A stretch of 14,064 bases of DNA. Origin: Promethearchaeota archaeon. GTDB taxonomy: Archaea > Asgardarchaeota > Thorarchaeia > Thorarchaeales > Thorarchaeaceae. Location: positions 1-14,064 of the forward strand of contig JBHLPF010000057.1 in NCBI GenBank assembly GCA_048939765.1, written 5' to 3'. Below, in pieces: positions 7,890-14,064 of the stretch. The stretch's first letter is position 1. Every line of letters starts with the position of its first letter. The position numbers were made by a program, and so were the translations under genes. A model generated the notes under the pieces. The model ran no database searches and was not told the DNA's origin. It worked only from the letters and a program-made list of their open reading frames with translations.

Positions 7890-8258
7890 GTGAAACGCAG
7901 ACTACTGATTCCGTGCCAAGACCCAAGTGGTCAATACATCGCAGCTCATTTTGGCCGTGCACCCTATTTTGCCGCTGTCGATCTTGATGAGAGTGGCGCA
8001 GTCATAGACAAGTCAGTCCATCCCAATACTGGAGAGCATTCTGGCGGTAGGGGTCATGCCCATAGCAATGTGATGAGTCTAGACCCAAATGTAGTGATTG
8101 TGCAAGGCATGGGTCCTCGAGGCCTTACAAGCTTCCAGAGCAATGATGTCGCAGTCTTGCAGGCAAACAGTGACCTCATCGATAGTCTGGTGGAAGCATA
8201 CAAACGAAATGAGCTTCGAGAGCTCACAGAGGGCTGTTCACAGGCGCATCATAAATGA
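7890..8258 (+). CDS. NifB/NifX-family (COG1433) protein, His-rich
   Basis: HFGRAPYF, VIVQGMGPRG, C-terminal CSQAHHK. GTG start with GAGGAGG upstream. Confidence 0.9.
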   Translation: MKRRLLIPCQDPSGQYIAAHFGRAPYFAAVDLDESGAVIDKSVHPNTGEHSGGRGHAHSNVMSLDPNVVIVQGMGPRGLTSFQSNDVAVLQANSDLIDSLVEAYKRNELRELTEGCSQAHHK

Positions 8259-9125
8259 ATGGACTTGGACCAGAGGCAGAATCTCTTGATAATAGCAGTT
8301 GCATCGGGGAAAGGTGGTACAGGTAAGACCACCGTGGCTGTGAATATGGCTCTGTCATTAGGAAATGTCAACCTTCTTGATTGTGATGTGGAGGAACCCA
8401 ACGCGCACACACTCTTGCACCCTGAGGGACTGAGTACTGAATCCGTGAAAGTGCCTACGCCTCTGATTGAAACGGATAAATGCAATCTTTGCACGGCATG
8501 TGCCAATTTCTGTGAGTTCAATGCCATATTCGTTGGCAAGAATGTGCTCATCTATCCAGAGATCTGTCATTCATGTGGTGGCTGTGCCCTAGTCTGTCCT
8601 GAAGGCGCTATCATCGAGGAGCCTCGTGAAGTTGGAAATCTGTACAGTTCGAAAGTGAATGGGATTCGTCTTGTTTATGGAGAGTTGAATGTTGGAGAGC
8701 CCATAGCAATTCCTGTCATCAAAGCAGTCAAGAACAAGATTGACCGAAATGGTATCACAATCCTTGATGCACCACCGGGCACTGCCTGTCCAGTCATCGA
8801 AACCATGCAGGACAGTGACTTTGTTGTGTTAGTGACTGAGCCTACACCCTTCGGGCTTCACGATCTTGGAATGACGGTCGATGTCATCAAGGAGCTCAAT
8901 ATTCCCCATGGTATCGTATTGAATCGTGCGGGGGTAGGAAACGATGCAGTGAAGGAGTTCTGTAGAGCAAAGGGCATTCCAATTCTACTTGAGATCCCAT
9001 TTGAGAGGAAGATAGCAGAGTTGTATTCCAAGGGTGTTCCCTTTGTTCAAGAGATGCCAGAATGGGGAGACAAGTTCAGGCATCTGTTTGAGGTCATGAA
9101 GGAGATGTCAGAAGATGGCCACTGA
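8259..9125 (+). CDS. MinD-superfamily P-loop ATPase with inserted 2x[4Fe-4S] ferredoxin domain (COG1149), paralog 1
   Basis: Deviant Walker A SGKGGTGKTT, DCDVEEPN, CxxCxxCxxxC twice, DAPPGTACP, VTEPTPFGLHDL. Real start may be TTG 8286. Confidence 0.93.
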   Translation: MDLDQRQNLLIIAVASGKGGTGKTTVAVNMALSLGNVNLLDCDVEEPNAHTLLHPEGLSTESVKVPTPLIETDKCNLCTACANFCEFNAIFVGKNVLIYPEICHSCGGCALVCPEGAIIEEPREVGNLYSSKVNGIRLVYGELNVGEPIAIPVIKAVKNKIDRNGITILDAPPGTACPVIETMQDSDFVVLVTEPTPFGLHDLGMTVDVIKELNIPHGIVLNRAGVGNDAVKEFCRAKGIPILLEIPFERKIAELYSKGVPFVQEMPEWGDKFRHLFEVMKEMSEDGH

Positions 9126-9984
9126 GATTGCGATTGTCAGTGGAAAGGGTGGTACAGGCAAGACCACGATAGCAGCAGCTTTCGCAGCGATATCGCAGAA
9201 CATTGTTACTGCCGACTGTGATGTAGACGCTCCCGATCTGCACATCCTTCTGCAACCCGAAACAAAGAAGACTGAAGAGTTCAAAAGCTCGAAAGTCGCA
9301 TTGATTGACCCGGAAACATGCACAGAATGCGGTCTATGCGAAGTGAAGTGCCGTTTCGAGGCAATCCATCCTCCAGAAGTAGATGCGATTGCATGCGAGG
9401 GATGCGGAGTCTGTGCATATGTCTGTCCTGAGGCGGCAGTGCAGATGGGTCCTCGAACTTCAGGCTTTCTCTATGAATCAATGACTCGTTTTGGTCCCTT
9501 GTCTCACGCCAAGCTTCTGCCTGGTGAGGGGAACTCTGGCAGGCTAGTGACCGAAGTTCGGAGGCAAGCACAGGAACTTGCTCGCAAGAATGGCCAAGAC
9601 ATCACCCTAATCGACGGGTCTCCTGGAATTGGTTGTCCCGTAATTGCCACTATCAGCGGTATCAAACTGGGTGTAATAGTGACTGAACCCACCATGTCTG
9701 GCATTCATGATATGGAACGCGTCATGGCGCTCTTGGAGCGATTCAGAGTCCATACAATGGTTCTAGTCAATAAGTATGACCTGAATCCTGAAAACACTCA
9801 TCGAATTGAACAGATATGCACTGAAAAAGGGGCTGACTTTCTCGGCATGATTCCATTTGATTCAGTCATGACAGAATCAATGGTGGCTGCAAAGACATTG
9901 CCCGAATTCGTGCCCGATCACAGGATAACTGAATTACTGAAGAGCATGTGGAGCAAAATCACTGAAGTTGCATTGAATGAATAG
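9115..9984 (+). CDS. MinD-superfamily P-loop ATPase with inserted 2x[4Fe-4S] ferredoxin domain (COG1149), paralog 2
   Basis: SGKGGTGKTT, DCDVDAPDL, CTECGLCEVKC, CEGCGVCAYVCP, GNSGRLV, DGSPGIGCP, TEPTMSGIHD. Overlaps the previous gene by 11 nt. Confidence 0.93.
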   Translation: MATEIAIVSGKGGTGKTTIAAAFAAISQNIVTADCDVDAPDLHILLQPETKKTEEFKSSKVALIDPETCTECGLCEVKCRFEAIHPPEVDAIACEGCGVCAYVCPEAAVQMGPRTSGFLYESMTRFGPLSHAKLLPGEGNSGRLVTEVRRQAQELARKNGQDITLIDGSPGIGCPVIATISGIKLGVIVTEPTMSGIHDMERVMALLERFRVHTMVLVNKYDLNPENTHRIEQICTEKGADFLGMIPFDSVMTESMVAAKTLPEFVPDHRITELLKSMWSKITEVALNE

Positions 9985-10007
9985 AGTGGGGAGTATGAAC
10001 CGCCCGT

Positions 10008-10322
10008 TCATTCCTTCTCTTCTAGCTCTGTGAGTCTTTTCTCAATTCTCTGAAAGGCCTCTTGGATTGATTTCAGCTGACTTTCTAACATGTCTCTCTG
10101 AACCTGTAGGGCCTCTCGCTCTTCTGTTGGAGTTACTTGACCTGCAATCGGAGGTCTCACTCCATAATCTCTCCAATATCCAAGCGTCCAGCAAGAACCT
10201 GGACCATAGAGCCATCCTGGCCTCTCCCATGGCGGTAGATCTCTGAAGGGGCCATTTCCAGGCCATCTGCCACCACGGCCCCAGCTACCTCTACGTCCGT
10301 ATCCATACATATGATTACTCAT
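10008..10322 (-). CDS. DUF5320-like protein (Gly/Arg/aromatic N-terminus, C-terminal coiled coil)
   Basis: GRGGRWPGNGPF..LPPWERPGW followed by EEREALQVQRDMLESQLKSIQ...IEKRLTELE. Typical neighbour of NifX/DUF134 clusters. Alternative start at 10310. Confidence 0.78.
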   Translation of the reverse strand: MSNHMYGYGRRGSWGRGGRWPGNGPFRDLPPWERPGWLYGPGSCWTLGYWRDYGVRPPIAGQVTPTEEREALQVQRDMLESQLKSIQEAFQRIEKRLTELEEKE

Positions 10323-10336
10323 CTCGCAATCTTATT

Positions 10337-10375
10337 TTGTGCATATGCACAACATTATTTATGTGCATACGAACG
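10337..10375. promoter_or_regulatory. Tandem palindromic operator in the divergent DUF5320/DUF134 promoter
   Basis: Perfect 16-bp palindrome TTGTGCATATGCACAA (10337-10352) and degenerate copy TGTGCATACGAACG (10362-10375); cores 24 bp apart. Confidence 0.75.
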
Positions 10376-10447
10376 AATATAAGCATATTGGCCTGACAAG
10401 ACTGTAAGCAAGTCCATATCGTGGAATGTAAGAGCCGGTGACAAGAG

Positions 10448-10756
10448 ATGCACAGAAGAAGAAGGGGTAGACGTGGAAGAATGCCAGTCCAGCCCAGACT
10501 GGGTGCGCGATTCAAGGCAACTCGTATGAATCCTGAGCCGAAGGCTGATGATAGACCTGTATATATTGACCCCGCGGAGGCTGAAGTCCTACGACTTGTA
10601 GATCTTGAGGGCATGTATCAAGAAGATGCTGGAGATGCAATGGGTGTGTCTAGAGGTACCATCTGGAGACTCCTTGAGAGCGCTAGGAGAAAAGTAATCA
10701 GCTCGCTCTTTGAAGGAAGACCCCTCATCATCGGTCACTCACCTGATGAAGAGTGA
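10448..10756 (+). CDS. DUF134 (UPF0251) HTH DNA-binding protein
   Basis: E.EVLRLVDLEGMYQEDAG..MGVSRGT.WRLLESARRKV...LFEG is the DUF134 signature; Arg-rich N-terminus. Confidence 0.93.
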   Translation: MHRRRRGRRGRMPVQPRLGARFKATRMNPEPKADDRPVYIDPAEAEVLRLVDLEGMYQEDAGDAMGVSRGTIWRLLESARRKVISSLFEGRPLIIGHSPDEE

Positions 10757-10992
10757 GCAGTTGGATGGCGTGGACCATTTAGACAATGCAGCTCACTTGA
10801 CCGTTTGTTAAGCGCCGAAAAAACTGTTCTTCACTTCTGACTCCACGCATTACACACATTCTTGTAGTCTGAAACTCGTCCTCTCAGAAGGTGCTTAGGC
10901 GCCTTCTAGGTCTCATTCCAGAGCACCAGATTGTGCGATGCTCCCTTATATGCCAATTCACCAATCTGTCTAAGTGGAGAGGACAACTAATC

Positions 10993-11415
10993 ATGCAGAC
11001 TGTACCCTCAGGATCCATCAGCGACCCGATTCTGGTCAGAAGACCTGCATTTCCGCGATGGTGGGATCCGATTGCTAGACCTCATGTTGCTATTGTTGTA
11101 CGTGACCCCATTTCTGGAGCGGACATCAGATACTACCTTTCACAGAAGGGTCATGGGAACACGAATGGAAGAGAAATGCTTGATGTGGCTGACATAGATG
11201 GACTTGATGAGGGTACCTTGCTAGAAGTCCGATATAGTGCCACAAAGGCCAATCTGTACCGACTTGAACTGGTAGATGGCGTGCCATGCTGGAGATGGAT
11301 GGCTCGTTGTAGAGAGCTACCCGACTTCAATTATCCTGCTGAGATTCGATGGAATGGTCTCTTGGAAGACTCACCGATTGATGTCAGCGATTCTTTGTCA
11401 TACGAGATAAACTGA
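10993..11415 (+). CDS. Hypothetical protein (140 aa)
   Basis: ATG 10993 preceded by GGAGAGG and a CTTATAT TATA-like box near 10945. Stop lies 4 nt from the convergent DDAH stop. No recognised motif. Confidence 0.65.
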   Translation: MQTVPSGSISDPILVRRPAFPRWWDPIARPHVAIVVRDPISGADIRYYLSQKGHGNTNGREMLDVADIDGLDEGTLLEVRYSATKANLYRLELVDGVPCWRWMARCRELPDFNYPAEIRWNGLLEDSPIDVSDSLSYEIN

Positions 11416-11419
11416 AGCC

Positions 11420-12169
11420 CTAGAATATTACGGATAGGCAGGTGAGGGCTCCCTCACACTTCTCAAATTCGCTCATATCTAGTGGTATGACTTCAAATCC
11501 GGCCTCTGAAACAAGGGTCTGAGTCTTCTGATGCCTTTTTGACATCAATACAGCATTACCAATAGTCAGAGTGTTTGCAGCATAGCCCTCTTCCCTAGGA
11601 ACTACTATCCTGTCAAAGCTCTGCAGTGTTGGATGACTTTGAAAGTCTTCAGTCACAACCATTGTGTTTCTGTCCAAGTATGTGACATGGCTCTTCAGAT
11701 GAATGATAGACGCATCTTCAATTGTGTCGGACTTAACGTCAAGCCATCTCGACATCTGTTTCACACCTCTTGCATTGGTCCTCTGTGTGACGCCTGTTAT
11801 CAACCGGTCCTTAAGATGAATGACATCCCCGCCCTCTATTGTGGCAGCTCTTCTGGTAAATCCTATGTCTACATAGTCCTTGAGCACTTCAGCCACCGCA
11901 AACTCCTCGCCTCTACGGCTTTCTTTTGCGAATCTTGCAATGAATCCTCTACTACCATGGATGACTACGGTGTCCTCTACAAAGCACGAATCAGGATGGT
12001 TCTCATCCGGAGGCAATCTGATTAGCTTCAGTCCTTGATCAGACAATGTGCGACAGTATTCAGCATGCTGTTCTTGGGCCATGGACAGATCGAGGGCATG
12101 TCGCTCTGGGTGGGACGAGATACAATGTCTGAATGAATTGCCTGGAGGTCTGACAATCGCTTGCTTCAT
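11420..12169 (-). CDS. N(G),N(G)-dimethylarginine dimethylaminohydrolase (DDAH)/amidinotransferase (pentein) family
   Basis: PDSCFVED, R.GE, IEGGD, HLKS, YAAN, EFEK..G.LTCLS; Glu/His/Cys catalytic positions present. Confidence 0.9.
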   Translation of the reverse strand: MKQAIVRPPGNSFRHCISSHPERHALDLSMAQEQHAEYCRTLSDQGLKLIRLPPDENHPDSCFVEDTVVIHGSRGFIARFAKESRRGEEFAVAEVLKDYVDIGFTRRAATIEGGDVIHLKDRLITGVTQRTNARGVKQMSRWLDVKSDTIEDASIIHLKSHVTYLDRNTMVVTEDFQSHPTLQSFDRIVVPREEGYAANTLTIGNAVLMSKRHQKTQTLVSEAGFEVIPLDMSEFEKCEGALTCLSVIF

Positions 12170-12225
12170 CACCTACACCGTGAGAATAGTGTCTTATTAC
12201 TTAGCTGGGAACGACAACCTTAAAT

Positions 12226-12257
12226 GTAAAGTTTACTTTACGTAAAATGAACTTTAC
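12226..12257. promoter_or_regulatory. Two abutting 16-bp palindromic operators upstream of the XRE gene
   Basis: GTAAAGT-tt-ACTTTAC (12226-12241, perfect) and GTAAAAT-ga-ACTTTAC (12242-12257, one mismatch), immediately downstream of TATA-like CTTAAAT. Confidence 0.82.
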
Positions 12258-12271
12258 ATCTTGAGGCGAGT

Positions 12272-12505
12272 GTGACTGGTTTGATCGTCAATAGAATCAA
12301 GGCAATTCGTGAACAACGAATGGCTCAATCATCCAATCCTGAACATTGGACTCAGGAAGGACTTGCACGACGTTTGGGTGTCACCCGTCAGACTGTGATA
12401 TCTATCGAGAAGGGAACCTATAATCCCACTCTCTTTCTGGCGTTCAAACTAGCCCGCGCATTTGAGATGAGAATTGAAGAAATCTTCGAGTATAGAGATG
12501 AATAA
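12272..12505 (+). CDS. XRE-family HTH transcriptional regulator (COG1476)
   Basis: NRIKAIR...TQEGLARRLGVTRQTVISIEKGTYNPTLFLAFKLARAF...IEEIF. GTG start after GAGG. Confidence 0.93.
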   Translation: MTGLIVNRIKAIREQRMAQSSNPEHWTQEGLARRLGVTRQTVISIEKGTYNPTLFLAFKLARAFEMRIEEIFEYRDE

Positions 12506-12803
12506 GATGCAGTTTGAATTTGGCGAAGCCCTAATAGTGTTTAATGCAGTACTTGGTGTTGTCCTTGTAGCCAATGCACTAGTACTGCTTTATGTGAAGA
12601 AACTTCAAGATGAACGGTATACACACATAATGAGTCTGGCAGGTCGTAACGCATTTCTATTTCTCATGATGGTTCTACCGTTTCTTAGCGCTCTACAAAT
12701 CCTGAATTTAGCTTGGATTGAACCTGGGTTGTCTGTCTTTGGTGTTTGGATTGTATCTCTTATCATTCTCTATTCGTCGGCCTACCATTATTACAGGAGA
12801 TAG
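12498..12803 (+). CDS. DER-motif (DUF2178-like) membrane protein, paralog 1 (about 3 TM)
   Basis: KLQDERYTHIMSLAGRNAF, hydrophobic helices, C-terminal YHYYRR. ATG 12498 overlaps the XRE stop. Confidence 0.8.
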   Translation: MNKMQFEFGEALIVFNAVLGVVLVANALVLLYVKKLQDERYTHIMSLAGRNAFLFLMMVLPFLSALQILNLAWIEPGLSVFGVWIVSLIILYSSAYHYYRR

Positions 12804-12808
12804 GATGA

Positions 12809-13183
12809 ATGCTCACAAGAATGAATCGTAGCGTATTGGCTGGTCTAAGTATAGTGATTGTCGTACTGATAGTTTTCGCCATAATGTGGGTCCTAGACAT
12901 AACCTCTCTGGCCGGTATTATGGGGGCTATCGGCGGAATGATTGGTGGGGTCCTCGGTGCTTCCTATATGAGGAAACTCCATGATGAGAGGTTTTCTCAG
13001 ATTACAAAGAAGTCTGCAAGCAATGCTTACTGGTTTATCATGATAGCTCTGCCTTTTAGTTGGATTGCTATGGTACGACTAGAACCGATAACACTGCAAT
13101 TGGCTTTGGGACTGACGCTTGCGATATGGATGTCGTCTTTCATTGTCTACTACATCTCACTATTCTATTATTACAAGAGGTGA
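12809..13183 (+). CDS. DER-motif (DUF2178-like) membrane protein, paralog 2 (about 4 TM)
   Basis: KLHDERFSQITKKSASNAY, C-terminal FYYYKR. Confidence 0.82.
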   Translation: MLTRMNRSVLAGLSIVIVVLIVFAIMWVLDITSLAGIMGAIGGMIGGVLGASYMRKLHDERFSQITKKSASNAYWFIMIALPFSWIAMVRLEPITLQLALGLTLAIWMSSFIVYYISLFYYYKR

Positions 13184-13187
13184 TTTT

Positions 13188-13580
13188 GTGACAGAAGTCA
13201 GGTTATCAAATAGGACATTCATTTTGCTACTCGTCATTATGGTCTTCTCATGGTTTCTTGCAAACGTCATTGCCAGTATCATATTTCCAGAATCATCAGT
13301 ACCCCTCTCTCCCCCCTCACTATTGAGTGGGACCATCTGGATTCCAGTGCTATTGGGCTTCATGTTTTATTCGCAGAGGCTCCGGGACGAGCGTACCATA
13401 CAAATCTCTGACAAGTCAGCTCGTAATGGGTTTGCCTTCATCTTTTGTGTAGTTCCCGCTGCAATCATAGCCCTCTCAGCAACCGAAATTTCCGCTGACG
13501 TAACACTCGCGCTAGTATTAGTATGGATCGGGGCTGTTTCTATCGCAGGTATCTCAGCTCTATACTACTACCAGAAGTAG
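13188..13580 (+). CDS. DER-motif (DUF2178-like) membrane protein, paralog 3 (about 4 TM)
   Basis: RLRDERTIQISDKSARNGF, C-terminal LYYYQK. GTG 13188 preceded by SD GAGGTGA. Confidence 0.82.
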   Translation: MTEVRLSNRTFILLLVIMVFSWFLANVIASIIFPESSVPLSPPSLLSGTIWIPVLLGFMFYSQRLRDERTIQISDKSARNGFAFIFCVVPAAIIALSATEISADVTLALVLVWIGAVSIAGISALYYYQK

Positions 13581-13714
13581 GCATGGATAGGCAGAAAGTG
13601 GCCCTGGAACATTGGCATGTCAGGGAAGATGCGATAGTGAATCATCCTAAACATCGACGAGCTTATGTGAAACCCACTTCATTGTACACCGTCGCGCAAA
13701 ATGGGGTCTAGAGA

Positions 13715-14064
13715 ATGTACGAGCACTTCGAGCCTGTCGACCGAGTATTCGTTGACCGTGAGGAGTATCTAGACTGGATGACTGAGGCACTTGAACGGTG
13801 CAAGAACCAGAGTGTTGTTCTCCATCTTCGTGGCATTGGCGGGATTGGAAAGAGCTCACTTCTGGACCACTGGAAGAGCACAGTCGACGATACCATCTAT
13901 CTTGATTGCGAACGATACACTGAGTTCTATGACCGTTTGAATGTCATTGCTAAGGGGGTTGTCCACCTTGGCGTGAATCTACGCCGTTTCGACGTTCTCT
14001 GGCAGATTCGATTGCGGTTTGTCGAGGGACTAGAACCGGTCAAAGAGGAGGGCCGAGAATGGGC
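13715..14064 (+). CDS. STAND/AAA-type P-loop ATPase, 3'-truncated (absent from ORF track)
   Basis: Manual translation: MYEHFEPVDRVFVDREEYLDWMTEALERCKNQSVVLHLRGIGGIGKSSLLDHW... It shows the FVxRE motif and Walker A GIGGIGKS, and is open to the window end. Confidence 0.85.
   Translation, partial: MYEHFEPVDRVFVDREEYLDWMTEALERCKNQSVVLHLRGIGGIGKSSLLDHWKSTVDDTIYLDCERYTEFYDRLNVIAKGVVHLGVNLRRFDVLWQIRLRFVEGLEPVKEEGREW

Noticed and set aside
7474-9984. Nitrogen fixation or Min cell-division system
   Set aside because: No nifH/D/K/E/N, no radical-SAM NifB domain and no minC/E. NifX-like and MinD-like are fold-level labels only.
12474-12497. ORF-track upstream starts at 12474, 13119, 10891 and 733
   Set aside because: The 12474 and 13119 extensions overlap upstream genes; 10891 and 733 run through probable promoter regions. 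Downstream starts have SD-like motifs or translational coupling.
13602-13625. CCCTG...CAGGG hairpin after the membrane protein array as a terminator
   Set aside because: Imperfect stem with no U-tract; insufficient support.

Overview
Gene-dense archaeal chromosomal window. Archaeal origin is supported by eL15, Rpp30, Pop5 and an archaeal-type YchF; an Asgard/Thorarchaeia-like origin is only my impression. Order: 5'-truncated HD hydrolase, Lrp/AsnC regulator, JAMM/MPN+ protease, a fragment of the exosome/RNase P superoperon (rpl15e-COG1325-rpp30-pop5) preceded by a structured leader, a short SerA-like dehydrogenase, a flavin reductase, an orphan with an internal repeat, and YchF. Next is an Orange-protein (ORP)-like metal-cluster module (2 NifX-like proteins, 2 ferredoxin-insert MinD-type ATPases, DUF5320, DUF134) with two tandem-palindrome operators of identical geometry. 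The window ends with an orphan, a DDAH-like hydrolase, an XRE regulator with a tandem operator followed by three paralogous DER-motif membrane proteins, and a 3'-truncated STAND-like ATPase missing from the ORF track. No tRNA, rRNA, CRISPR array or mobile element was seen. Best leads: the switch-like eL15 leader RNA, the ORP-like module and its operators, the XRE/triple membrane protein cassette, and the internally duplicated orphan.
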